Assembly: GCA_965262715.1 (NCBI GenBank)
Contig: OZ253553.1
Location: 2,144,001 to 2,208,000, forward strand
From: Bdellovibrionales bacterium
GTDB taxonomy: Bacteria; Bdellovibrionota; Bdellovibrionia; Bdellovibrionales; JAUICD01
DNA length: 64,000 bases
Reading direction: 5' to 3'
Below, in pieces: positions 31,620 through 41,851 of this stretch. The first letter of the stretch is position 1; every line of letters begins with the position of its first letter. The notes beneath the pieces are model-generated. The model was not told the DNA's origin. It was given only the letters and a program-made list of their open reading frames with translations, and ran no database searches. The position numbers were made by a program, and so were the translations under genes.

Positions 31620-33356
31620 TTATTTATTACTTCTATTTTTTGATTTTGGGCCCTTATCTTTGATTAAAGGTTTTCGATCCAAACGGCTATCACTATTATC
31701 AGCATAAGAAGCCTTAACCCAAGCTTCTAGTGTAGTTTTTGGAAACTTTACTACATCTTTAGTCAAGTTAAAGTCTGACTGCCCTGTATTCTTTTTAATC
31801 AGATGAAACCCATGTTCAGAAGAAACTAAAGTTTCTTCACATATCTGTGTTACTAATTTATCTTGAGATTTAACTTTCGATATAATTTCATCACGAGCTT
31901 CTATATCAAAACTAATTTTTATCCCATGTTTTTTATAAAAACTATCTTCAAACTTTGTGATTTCTTTATAACAAAGAAGTTTATTCTTCTTTGATTTGTT
32001 CATACTTGATCTGCTCATGAGAGTTTTTAAATATTTTTGAGGCTGATTCACCAGGTGAGAGCTTAAGGTGAATCTCTGCACAGAAGTTGAAGGAAGTTCA
32101 AATTTATAATCTCTAAACAAAGTTTCCAAAACAGTTGCAAGACCTCTCGCTCCTGTTTTCTCTGTAAAGGCCTTCTTTGCAATCTCTTTTAAACCAGAAT
32201 CTTCAAAACAAAATTGAATATTATAACTTTTAAAAGCTTGTCGATATTGTTTTAAAATAGACCCTTCAGAATATTTAAGAATATCAAATAGATCTTTTTC
32301 TGAAAGTTCATGACAACTTACACGTACAGGAAGCCGACCAACAAACTCTGGCTCAAAACCAAACTCAATCAGATCTTCTGTAGCTACTTGAGTTAGATAT
32401 TCTGAATCTGTCTTTTCATTTTTAAGTTCACCACCTAATCCTAATGCGCCTCTACTCACTCTTTGTGCAATAATGTCTCTTAAACCTGTAAACGCGCCAC
32501 TTACAATAAACAAAATATGTTTTGTATTGATGATTTCCCTATCGACCTTGCCTTTTGACTGCATATCTGAAAATGCCTTAATTTGAGACATGATATCATT
32601 AGCCCCTCTTAAATCAACTTCTGTTTCTTCCATAAGCTTCAATAAACCAAACTGAACACCTCGACCTGTAATGTCTTTGCCTCTTATGTTATTAGAAGAG
32701 GCTAATTTATCAGCTTCATCCAAATAAATAATACCATACTGAGCAAGTTCCACCTGACCGTTTGCTTGAGATACTAAGTCTCTAATAAGATCATCAACAT
32801 TTGCTCCAACATAACCTGTTTCACTAAATCGAGTGGCATCTGCTTTAACAAAAGGCACTCCAATTAATTTGGCCATTTCTCTGACCAAATAGGTTTTACC
32901 AACTCCTGTTGGTCCTAACATCAATACATTTTGTTTAGCATAATTAAAGTCATCTTTTTGCTTATTGTGTATACAATCCAAAACATGATTGTAATGATCG
33001 CAAATAGCAATAGACAAAGCCTTTTTAGCTTCTGTCTGGTGTATTATGTTCTTATCAAGATGAACTTTAACTTGTTTTGGAGTATAATCAAACTTGATTT
33101 TTTTTAAAGGAGATTCTTCCTCCTCCTCATGGTCACCTTTTCTAGTTGTTCTTGCCTTACTCACACTACGAGGAACTGCCACTTCTGTATGAAACTGTAC
33201 AGACTGCCCAAACTTTTCTCTGATGACTTTTTCAAACTCTTTACGAATTTCTTCTGGAGATGGAATCTTGTTGGATACCTTATCTGCATCAGTTTTATTA
33301 GACTTTACATCCTTCACTTTTTTAATTATATTCTTTATTAGGTCTATTTTTGCCAC
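31620..33356 (-). CDS. clpX: ClpX-like AAA+ ATPase (no N-terminal C4 zinc finger, C-terminal extension)
   Basis: GPTGVGKT, DATRFSETGYVG, IIYLDEADK, GVQFGLLK, PEFVGRLP, TGARGL. Confidence 0.8.
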   Translation of the reverse strand: MAKIDLIKNIIKKVKDVKSNKTDADKVSNKIPSPEEIRKEFEKVIREKFGQSVQFHTEVAVPRSVSKARTTRKGDHEEEEESPLKKIKFDYTPKQVKVHLDKNIIHQTEAKKALSIAICDHYNHVLDCIHNKQKDDFNYAKQNVLMLGPTGVGKTYLVREMAKLIGVPFVKADATRFSETGYVGANVDDLIRDLVSQANGQVELAQYGIIYLDEADKLASSNNIRGKDITGRGVQFGLLKLMEETEVDLRGANDIMSQIKAFSDMQSKGKVDREIINTKHILFIVSGAFTGLRDIIAQRVSRGALGLGGELKNEKTDSEYLTQVATEDLIEFGFEPEFVGRLPVRVSCHELSEKDLFDILKYSEGSILKQYRQAFKSYNIQFCFEDSGLKEIAKKAFTEKTGARGLATVLETLFRDYKFELPSTSVQRFTLSSHLVNQPQKYLKTLMSRSSMNKSKKNKLLCYKEITKFEDSFYKKHGIKISFDIEARDEIISKVKSQDKLVTQICEETLVSSEHGFHLIKKNTGQSDFNLTKDVVKFPKTTLEAWVKASYADNSDSRLDRKPLIKDKGPKSKNRSNK

Positions 33357-33585
33357 TAGATAACCTCCTTATCCACCTAACTTTAAAGCCTTAAAGTTAA
33401 TCAATGAAGTATAACAAAATCACAAATAAATCAAGATTCAAAACGTATACTTAAAATATTTACCTTATTTCATAGAATTCTTGTAATATATTTAGGATAA
33501 CATTTTAGCTTTATGATCATTTTTTCACGGTTTTTATATTTTACCATAAAAACACAATAACATCATAGAACAAGTAATAGAAAGT

Positions 33586-33999
33586 TTAAGAAGATGAAGA
33601 ATCTGTACGTGCTAACTCAAATGGGATACGAGCAGCCTTGCCTCTTAAATTACGAATATAATACAAACGAGAGCGCCTAACACGACCATAAGAAATGACC
33701 TTTACCTTCTCAATGGCAGGACTATTAAAAGGAAACGTACGCTCCACCCCTATTCCGTTTGCAATTTTTCTGACAGTAAAAGATCGTCCAGCACCAAAAC
33801 CTTGTATTTTCAAAACTAGACCTTTAAATACCTGGGTCCTCTCCTTTTCTCCTTCTTTGATGCGAGCATAAACCTCAATAGTATCACCTGTTTTAAACTG
33901 CGCATTTACGCTGCTTTTATTATAGTCTTGTGTCGCAGATTGCACCAAATCTTCGAAAATAACATCTTCCTTACTGTCTATACTGAGTTTGTTAGTCAT
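33586..33999 (-). CDS. rplS: 50S ribosomal protein L19
   Basis: IKEGEKERTQVFKG, FTVRKIANGIGVERTFP, GRVRRSRLYYIR; AGGAGAG RBS. Confidence 0.97.
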   Translation of the reverse strand: MTNKLSIDSKEDVIFEDLVQSATQDYNKSSVNAQFKTGDTIEVYARIKEGEKERTQVFKGLVLKIQGFGAGRSFTVRKIANGIGVERTFPFNSPAIEKVKVISYGRVRRSRLYYIRNLRGKAARIPFELARTDSSSS

Positions 34000-34112
34000 T
34001 TCAAACTTCTCTCTCCTACTATATCCGCAAATTATACTCCTAAAAGTATATAGTCTATACAATAAGAAGTAAAGAAGTCTCTTATAATTTTAATATTATA
34101 TAACTTTATAGA

Positions 34113-35327
34113 TCATTGACTTTGAGCTTTGCTTTTAAATTTCCCCAGATCTTCCCTAGAATTATCTGGAGCTAACAAATCAAAAGACTCGTTAAGCTGC
34201 TGATCAGTAAAATCTAACTGAAACCGCACAGGAAGCTCATAAATAAAAGCATAACCCAATGATTTCAACCGAAGTGTACTAGCTCCTTGGCGAGCTGCGT
34301 CATCTAGCCGTCTAGAGCCTGTAGATTTGAGCACTTCTATTTTTCGAGGTTGCCCATTTTTATCAAAAAACATCCTTAAAATACCTGTACCTTCCTCTTT
34401 TAAACGACGACTGGCTTCAGGGTATTTAAAGCTTGTAGGTCTTATCACATGCATCTGATTCACTCGATAGGTTGGACTATCTTTTTTGTTTTTTAAGCCA
34501 ACAGCAGGTTTTGAGGTTTGCTGCTTTTGAACAGATGCTACATTTCCTGCATTAGCGGATGCTGCTCCAGATGAGTCTGCTCCAGATGAGTCTGCTCCAG
34601 ATGAGTCTGCTCCAGACGAGTCTGTATTTGAACTTTGTTCACTGACTACATTAGAGTTGTTCCCAGCTTGCGCCTCAGACTGCTCTGCTATATCTGTTAC
34701 TTTTTTTAACTCCTGTATCGCAGCAGATCCAGACTTATTCCCACTTGCAACACTACCTTCTTCTCCACTAGATCTTTCTACTTCAGATGCCACCGCTTCA
34801 GCATTGTCATCAACAACAATTTTAGAATCTTCATCAGAAACAGCAACATCAGGTCCTTTATCAGAAGACTCTGTACCAGACGAGTCTGTACCAGGCGAGC
34901 CTGTACCAGAAGAGTCTGTATCTAAAGGAGCCTCTGGTAAACCAGATAATACCCCTTCTTCGTCTGTGCCAGATGAGTTTGTGTCAGATAAGTCTGTGTC
35001 AGATGAGTCTTTTTGTGGTGCTGCATTTTTTTGAGACAATGCTCCACTTTCAACACGAGGTGTCTCAACACGAGGTGTCTCAACACGAGGTTTCTCAACA
35101 CGAGGTGTTTCGACACGTTGCTTTTTTCGAGCTATGCGTTTTTTTGGCGCCGGAGGTTCTTTATATTCTGTTTGTTGATCTATTTCATCCTGACCAATAA
35201 TTTCAATAGATTCTATATTTTGCTCATTATCATTTGTTTTTACAATAACATAAGCAATTAGCCCATGTACAATAACTGATAATATAACAAAAGTCATAAT
35301 TGCTCTATTTGTATTTTTATGATCCAT
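34113..35327 (-). CDS. tonB: TonB family energy transducer with repeat-expanded linker
   Basis: N-terminal TM with S..H; C-terminal YPEASRRLKEEG...STGSRRLDDAA; VETPR and DSSGA/T repeats. Confidence 0.85.
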   Translation of the reverse strand: MDHKNTNRAIMTFVILSVIVHGLIAYVIVKTNDNEQNIESIEIIGQDEIDQQTEYKEPPAPKKRIARKKQRVETPRVEKPRVETPRVETPRVESGALSQKNAAPQKDSSDTDLSDTNSSGTDEEGVLSGLPEAPLDTDSSGTGSPGTDSSGTESSDKGPDVAVSDEDSKIVVDDNAEAVASEVERSSGEEGSVASGNKSGSAAIQELKKVTDIAEQSEAQAGNNSNVVSEQSSNTDSSGADSSGADSSGADSSGAASANAGNVASVQKQQTSKPAVGLKNKKDSPTYRVNQMHVIRPTSFKYPEASRRLKEEGTGILRMFFDKNGQPRKIEVLKSTGSRRLDDAARQGASTLRLKSLGYAFIYELPVRFQLDFTDQQLNESFDLLAPDNSREDLGKFKSKAQSQ

Positions 35328-35513
35328 AACCCATTCCCTTCATTACATAAAAAGCAAGATAATAGAGTTTCCGCTTTTATTTCAATAAGCTATCGGTTAT
35401 TTTATTAAGACACTAGAAATTTTTTCGCCTTCTACTCTTTATTTTTTATTTAAATTTAAGAGATGCTAAAATACCGTTTAGAAATGTCGAGATTGAAGAT
35501 AGTTTCTTCAAAA

Positions 35514-36215
35514 TTAAGATAAAACCAAAAATTTATCTCCATTTAATGGATTATCACTTATTTGAGTTATGCACTGGAAGACTTCTCTAAATTTACCACT
35601 TTCTAAGGTTTCTACAAGTGGATTTTTTTGAAACGGTGAAGGTAAAATCCATGCAAAAGCTTCTTTAAAACTTAAAGTCCAATTAAAATTATGAGTAGTG
35701 ATTAAAAAGGAACACCCTTGTAAAGACATTTCTTTTAATATCACTTGTAAAACTTTTTGAAAAGGCCAATCTAAGTGAACTAAAGGCTCATCTAATAAAA
35801 ATGTTTCACAATTCATACTCAAAGTAGCCACTAACCAAACACGTTTATACTCACCAGAGGAAATTTGCGCAATACACTTATTATTAAGATGATCTGTTTG
35901 TAAAAGTTTTTCGTTTTTTCTTACCAAATTTTTATCACAATCTAAAATGTCATAGACATCATTCACCATGAGGTCACCATCTAAATAAGGCGTAGCAGGA
36001 AGATAAAAAATAGACTTACCTAATACAGACTTGTCTGACAACTGAATATTTCCTTTTGTTGGACTTAAAACACCAGCAATCAAATTCAGCAGTGTGGTTT
36101 TACCACTACCATTTCTACCAAAAACGAATCCTATTTCTCCTTTTTCAAGCTCTAAGTGAACATCTTTTAAAATAATTTTATTTTTAATAGCGTATGATAA
36201 GGACTCAACTCGCAT
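35514..36215 (-). CDS. ABC transporter ATP-binding protein (BtuD/FecE-like)
   Basis: GRNGSGKTT, ISSGE, LLDEP. Confidence 0.85.
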   Translation of the reverse strand: MRVESLSYAIKNKIILKDVHLELEKGEIGFVFGRNGSGKTTLLNLIAGVLSPTKGNIQLSDKSVLGKSIFYLPATPYLDGDLMVNDVYDILDCDKNLVRKNEKLLQTDHLNNKCIAQISSGEYKRVWLVATLSMNCETFLLDEPLVHLDWPFQKVLQVILKEMSLQGCSFLITTHNFNWTLSFKEAFAWILPSPFQKNPLVETLESGKFREVFQCITQISDNPLNGDKFLVLS

Positions 36216-37170
36216 ACTTATATCTCCTAAACAATACAAAAATAAAAAAAGGCGCTCCGATGATTGCCGTGATACTTCCTGTAGGTATATCTAATGTGCC
36301 TCCAATGATTCTACCTAAAATATCAGCACTTAAGAAAAATAAAGCTCCTAAAAGAGAAGAATATAAAAGGCCTACTTTATGACGTGATGTTTTTAAAATT
36401 AACCGGCAAATATGCGGAGAAAGTAAACCCACAAAACCAATAAGTCCACATATAGATACAGATATAGATGTGAGTAGGGAAACTATAAGTATAAGATTTC
36501 TCTCAAAGCTTTTTTGGGTTGGATTTAAGGATTTTACAGTTTTTTCATCAATCAAAAACATATCCAATTTTTTAGCAGATTTTAAACTCCAAAATAAACA
36601 AAATAAAAAAGCCAAACAGCTTAAATACCAATATTGATCTCTCTCTGTCCCACACTGTCCAATCATCCAAAAGAGAGCTGTTTGCAATTTTTGAGGTTCC
36701 ATAAAGCTAACAGTCAAAGTGACAATAGATCCACAAAGAAAAGAAATCATAACACCTAATAAAATGAGGTTATGTTTTTGTTTAAAAGTAAATATTTTGC
36801 GAAATTGCAAAATCAGAAATGTAACAAACCAACAGCCCACAAAAGACCCAAAAAACAAAAACTGCCAGCTCATCGATAAAAACAAAATAGATCCTAAACT
36901 TGATCCACCAGAAAGTCCTAAAGTATAAGGTTCTGCAAGAGGATTTTTTAAAAAAGATTGTAAAAGCAGGCCCGACAAGGCTAAGCTAGCACCTACAAAA
37001 ATACAAACAAGAGTTCTTGTCAATCTAAGGTCAAAAAGAATCATTTGATCTGTAAGAGTTAATTTCTGACTGAAAATATCAAAGACACTCACACTGCTTG
37101 CACCTGTATTCAAAGAAACAATGAATAACAAAAAAAAGAGACCAATAAATAAATAGCTATAGTACTTCAT
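36205..37170 (-). CDS. FecCD/BtuC family ABC permease
   Basis: LRLTR, NPLAEPYTLGLSGG, IGFVGL, IGAPFF. Confidence 0.9.
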   Translation of the reverse strand: MKYYSYLFIGLFFLLFIVSLNTGASSVSVFDIFSQKLTLTDQMILFDLRLTRTLVCIFVGASLALSGLLLQSFLKNPLAEPYTLGLSGGSSLGSILFLSMSWQFLFFGSFVGCWFVTFLILQFRKIFTFKQKHNLILLGVMISFLCGSIVTLTVSFMEPQKLQTALFWMIGQCGTERDQYWYLSCLAFLFCLFWSLKSAKKLDMFLIDEKTVKSLNPTQKSFERNLILIVSLLTSISVSICGLIGFVGLLSPHICRLILKTSRHKVGLLYSSLLGALFFLSADILGRIIGGTLDIPTGSITAIIGAPFFIFVLFRRYKYAS

Positions 37171-37335
37171 AGAAACCTTTTTAATAAATGCTTGATGATC
37201 ACTACGTGTAACAAATTTTGTCGACAATGACAATTTAGGTCTTGATTCCAAGTTGAATTCCTAGAATCATATATATTAAACTATAAACTTTGACTCGAAT
37301 TTCACTTATTCCTTAAAATTTTAAAAGGTTCTATC

Positions 37336-38334
37336 ATGCTTACGCATTTATCAAAATCAAATAGAGTCTATTATCTGCTATTGGCCTGTTTTTTATTAAG
37401 CTTTATACAATCAAATCTAGGAATATCTGGTCAACAATGGAATCAAGAAACCACTTTACAGTACCTTAACTCACACGGCATTAAACCTGATAACACAAAT
37501 AAATACACTATAAACAATCTTTATCAATTCATAGGTGAAAGTTTAGATGTATTTGATCGTATTGCACAACTTGAAACAGATCCCGAGTTTTTACCTTATA
37601 TTGAAAAATATAACACTTTAAAGATTCAACAAACAGGTCAACCTATTAACCCTCATGTTAAAATAGTTTTTAGCAGAAGCACACTCAGAAATCTTGATTA
37701 TCAATACTTTAATACAACAGCATTTTGCAGTAAATTTACTCGTATTATTTTTATAGATCGCAGTTCTTGGAACTATTATTCTGAAATTTTTAGAGAATTT
37801 CTTATATTTCATGAACTAGGACATTGTGATCTAAATAAAGATCACACAGAAGATTTTACTATTATGAATAACTCTTATCTATTTAATAGGTTATTTATAC
37901 CATATCTTCTATTATCGCCAGATCATCAAATGGATAGCGATGAAAAAGCAGCAATCATTATGGACAATTATCAAACCCGCTTTAACTCAAATTTATATAG
38001 AACATTTGAAACATTAAAAGCAGAGTTGTTTTCTGAAACTAATGATCCAATATATATTGTTTCACTTTTAGTATCTTTAACCCTTAGTCTTCCTTATCTC
38101 GAAATGGGTGTATTCACATTTGAACAAAGATTAACTACAAACAATTGGATAATAAATCAGGTATTGAAAAAACTAGAACTTTCTGAGCAAGAAATTCAAG
38201 AACAGACTGAACTTGCAAATATAGAATATTCAGATAATATAATATACACCCTACAACAAGGTAGAAATAGCCAGAATACACAGCGTATCGATGAAGTGAT
38301 AGAAATTATAAGAGAAGCACAAGAAAATAAATAA
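37336..38334 (+). CDS. secreted putative zinc metallopeptidase (HELGH)
   Basis: Signal-like N-terminus; FLIFHELGHCDLNKDH...IM; paralogous to the 24669 ORF (ETDPEFLPYIEKY vs ETHPEFLPYIERY). Confidence 0.7.
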   Translation: MLTHLSKSNRVYYLLLACFLLSFIQSNLGISGQQWNQETTLQYLNSHGIKPDNTNKYTINNLYQFIGESLDVFDRIAQLETDPEFLPYIEKYNTLKIQQTGQPINPHVKIVFSRSTLRNLDYQYFNTTAFCSKFTRIIFIDRSSWNYYSEIFREFLIFHELGHCDLNKDHTEDFTIMNNSYLFNRLFIPYLLLSPDHQMDSDEKAAIIMDNYQTRFNSNLYRTFETLKAELFSETNDPIYIVSLLVSLTLSLPYLEMGVFTFEQRLTTNNWIINQVLKKLELSEQEIQEQTELANIEYSDNIIYTLQQGRNSQNTQRIDEVIEIIREAQENK

Positions 38335-38499
38335 TCTTGTGCATATAATACATACTTCTATAAAAATTTATTGCGCATGTGTTATTTCATAATAAATTGT
38401 TACCGAAAATTTTGAGATAAGAGATAAGTTATTGCTTTTTTATTTTTGTTCTGCTATAAGGTCTTCTTATAGTTTTTTAACCTGTCAGGCAGGAGTGTA

Positions 38500-40902
38500 A
38501 TGAAAGCAAGGAAAAAACAAAGAAAATGTAAATTAATATCTGTATTTTCAATATGCAATTTATTAAGCTGCTTTATCATTTCATTCGTGATTAACTCTGC
38601 AAAAGCTGCAGAGTTACATAGATCAAGTATTCAACAGGAACCCACATATACCAGTTGCAAATGGGCTTTATCAAGCCCTCAATTAGAGAGTTTTAATAGG
38701 GTTATTCTTCAATTGTCATCAGTTTTAGATATATTGTCAAATCGTATAACTGTGACTAATACAACGCAGGACTCTATTGAAAAGATTCGTGGTATGATTA
38801 TAAGATGGATGTCTGGGGACCGTGTATTTCCTGTAGAAAATCTGCTACAAATTGCTTACTTTTTGGATATTGAACCTGCTGTATTGTTAAGCGCACAAGA
38901 TTTGCAAACCAAAGTTAATATTGATGAATTGACTCAAAGATCTTTTATGCCAGATACACTTCTACAAAGTCATCTAAGATATATCAATCAAGCTCTTAGG
39001 GAACACATTGCAGATTTTACTTTTCAATTTTCTTTACAATTTGAAGACCCTAACTTTAGCTTATCAGATTTAGCAATTACTATAGGAGTTCCAATTGAGG
39101 ATTTAAATCAGATTAACTCTTCACATTTTGTTCCTCACTACTTACAAATGGCACAAATACTTAATACTGGTAACAATAATGATATAAAGGTTAGTGTTGT
39201 TGATTTTTTTAGAAAAAAAGAAGAAACCTTTGGAAATCTAGGCACATTTTATCAAGTGTTGTTACAGTTAGAACAAATTTTAAAGAGCATGAATAAAGCT
39301 CCTACAACAACCGAATCCATCACACGAAGAAAAAACATATTTATTTATTATTCTTTTATCTGGAAATTGAGAAATGGACAAACCAATTTTCGAATGGGAA
39401 CTATTTTACAACTTGCCTATCTTTTAAAACTGCGACCTTCTGTACTGTTAAGTTCAAATGATTGGATATCTACAATAGATCCATCAGTCCCAGGGCATTT
39501 TCTGTCAAACACTCAATTGCAACAATTATTGAACCTTATCAATTCTCATTTAAAAAAGAAAATAGCAAATAACAATTTGGATATATCTATATCTCATAAG
39601 AATTTCAAAAATATTATGCATTTTAATAAGGTGCCTAATTATCATTTATTAGAAGAGGTTCTAACCCAATTAAATACTTCTATTGAGGAATTTTTCCAAG
39701 AAATTGAAGATTCCGATGAGTTTCGTACTATTTTTGACGAAAGTTCAAAAGAAGAAAGAAGCTCTTATATTCGTCAACCGCTCACTACAGAAGAAAAAAG
39801 TGCTTCAAAAAGTATGGCGGAATATCTTATCAGTATTATAGATCAAAATTCATCTACCCCAGCTTATAAAATAATTAAATCTATAGGTTTTGCCAACAGG
39901 AAGATATTAAGCGAAAACCATACTAGTTTTCGTGTTTCATCTTTAATTGCAACACATTACGTGATGAGATATTCTATTTCAGATATTATAAGTAAAAGAC
40001 AATTAACAGAAGAGCAGCTTGCTCAACTGCCTGAAATCAGATTAACAAGAGATCTAGCTAGAAAAGAATATATTGATAAGGCGCTAAGTGCTTTAATTTA
40101 TCTTATCAAACGTCAAATGCAACATATAGGATTATCCATTCGTTCATTATCCTTAAAAAGTGGAGTTTTGGTAGCAACTATTTATACATTTTTTCAACGA
40201 GGAAATTCTATATTTTACCTTAATTTATTAAAAATAGTAGAAAATGGATTTGAAATACCATTAGAAGATTTTTTGGCTGGTGATAATATGATGTATCTTA
40301 GCCTCGAGGAACTTATAGAACAATTTGATTCATTGAATCTTGATTTAGATATTCAGATTGATTATGTAAATGATAATGATGTAGATAGTCAAATATATGA
40401 CACTTATGTAACACATTTTAAAAATCGATTGATAGAAATACTCAAAGCAATTGATGCTGCATCTCTTTCAGAAGCTTATTTAAAGCAAATCCTGGGGTTT
40501 CAGTATCGCACTTGGAAGCTCACTCCTTTAAAGAAGATTTCGAGTTTACTAAGAATTGCTCATTTGTTTAACGTTGATTTAGCTACACTTTTATTCCATC
40601 ATAAAGATTTGTCATCTTTAAGGCCTGTGAATCTAGAACGCCTTCCTGATGGGGTCATTCAAAATAGCTTGAATATTTTGGCTCAAAATATTCAAAACGA
40701 GATGGACACACGTCATCTTACTTTACGTGATTTGCACTTAAGATCAGGTGCAAATGGATTGAGACAACTAGAAGCTATTTTGAATGGACAGATGACAGTC
40801 ACTTACTCTCAATTAATAACTATTTGTCAAGGACTCCTTGAGCCAGGTGAAGACCCTTTTGCATTGTTGCAACGTCTTTTAAATGGGGTTTCTACACTTT
40901 AA
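38500..40902 (+). CDS. signal-peptide protein with multiple XRE/Cro-like HTH units
   Basis: Basic-hydrophobic-AKA N-terminus; recurring LLQIAYFLDIEPAVLL / ILQLAYLLKLRPSVLL / LLRIAHLFNVDLATLL and LSIRSLSLKSGV / LTLRDLHLRSG units. Confidence 0.65.
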   Translation: MKARKKQRKCKLISVFSICNLLSCFIISFVINSAKAAELHRSSIQQEPTYTSCKWALSSPQLESFNRVILQLSSVLDILSNRITVTNTTQDSIEKIRGMIIRWMSGDRVFPVENLLQIAYFLDIEPAVLLSAQDLQTKVNIDELTQRSFMPDTLLQSHLRYINQALREHIADFTFQFSLQFEDPNFSLSDLAITIGVPIEDLNQINSSHFVPHYLQMAQILNTGNNNDIKVSVVDFFRKKEETFGNLGTFYQVLLQLEQILKSMNKAPTTTESITRRKNIFIYYSFIWKLRNGQTNFRMGTILQLAYLLKLRPSVLLSSNDWISTIDPSVPGHFLSNTQLQQLLNLINSHLKKKIANNNLDISISHKNFKNIMHFNKVPNYHLLEEVLTQLNTSIEEFFQEIEDSDEFRTIFDESSKEERSSYIRQPLTTEEKSASKSMAEYLISIIDQNSSTPAYKIIKSIGFANRKILSENHTSFRVSSLIATHYVMRYSISDIISKRQLTEEQLAQLPEIRLTRDLARKEYIDKALSALIYLIKRQMQHIGLSIRSLSLKSGVLVATIYTFFQRGNSIFYLNLLKIVENGFEIPLEDFLAGDNMMYLSLEELIEQFDSLNLDLDIQIDYVNDNDVDSQIYDTYVTHFKNRLIEILKAIDAASLSEAYLKQILGFQYRTWKLTPLKKISSLLRIAHLFNVDLATLLFHHKDLSSLRPVNLERLPDGVIQNSLNILAQNIQNEMDTRHLTLRDLHLRSGANGLRQLEAILNGQMTVTYSQLITICQGLLEPGEDPFALLQRLLNGVSTL

Positions 40903-41011
40903 ATGGATATTATAGTAAGTATATGTTTACTGACTTCAGGCTTGTGTAAGTAGAAATTCTTTTACTCAACTGTAACAATTTATTCTGAAGTCACAAAACA
41001 TCAACTAAAAA

Positions 41012-41839
41012 TTAAGATATTATTTTTCTACAAACTTGAGTACCTATATTAGATAAACGAAATGTGAGACGACCTATTCCACTAGGATCAAAAAACTTCA
41101 CTTGTATATTTTTCAAAAGAGGATATGACTTCCAATAGTCAATAACTTTCGATTTTGTCATCATTTTATCTAAGTGTTTAAACGTTAAAATTTTATCTGG
41201 TTTTAAACTGGCCAAAACTTCTCTTGAAACTTTTTGATAACCTTTTTCTTGAAAAACATTAAAAGCTCCACACTTTTCAACTACTTCATTAAGATGTGTC
41301 TCTTTTCCTGCAAGGATTAATGGATTTTGATCAACTTGAATGATCACCTCAATGCGGTTTTTTAAAGTAGGTATTTTTGCCCAATTATTGTCCCATTTTC
41401 TAATAAGACTTTTCCCACGAGATTCAACATCAAATACTTTAGATAAAGTTCTTATGTTCTCTTCAAAATCTAAAAGTGACTTTGTGTTCAAAACAATAAG
41501 TGGTATTTTTGCTTTCTTTAAAGTGGATGAAATAGTATCCACTCCTTCACTCGCAGCTATTACCAGTGTGGGTTTGAGTGCTAAGATCATCTCTAGGCTA
41601 GGTCTTTGATAAGGACCAATACGCTTGATTTTTAAAGCCTCTCTTGGATAATCAGAATACTGGGTTGTCCCTACAATAAAATGTCCTAATTGCAAATCAA
41701 AAAGCATTTCAGTTGTTGCTGGAGATAAACTCACAATCCGAACATCTTGCTTTACACTAGAAGATTTCTCAACAGCAAATACAATTTTTGCTACAATAAT
41801 AAATCCTAGAAAACTTATAAAAATGATATTTTTCAACAT
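41012..41839 (-). CDS. periplasmic binding protein, BtuF/helical-backbone family
   Basis: RIVSLSPATTEML, SDYPREA, PSLEMILALKP. Confidence 0.88.
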   Translation of the reverse strand: MLKNIIFISFLGFIIVAKIVFAVEKSSSVKQDVRIVSLSPATTEMLFDLQLGHFIVGTTQYSDYPREALKIKRIGPYQRPSLEMILALKPTLVIAASEGVDTISSTLKKAKIPLIVLNTKSLLDFEENIRTLSKVFDVESRGKSLIRKWDNNWAKIPTLKNRIEVIIQVDQNPLILAGKETHLNEVVEKCGAFNVFQEKGYQKVSREVLASLKPDKILTFKHLDKMMTKSKVIDYWKSYPLLKNIQVKFFDPSGIGRLTFRLSNIGTQVCRKIIS

Positions 41840-41851
41840 AGATCAAACAAA

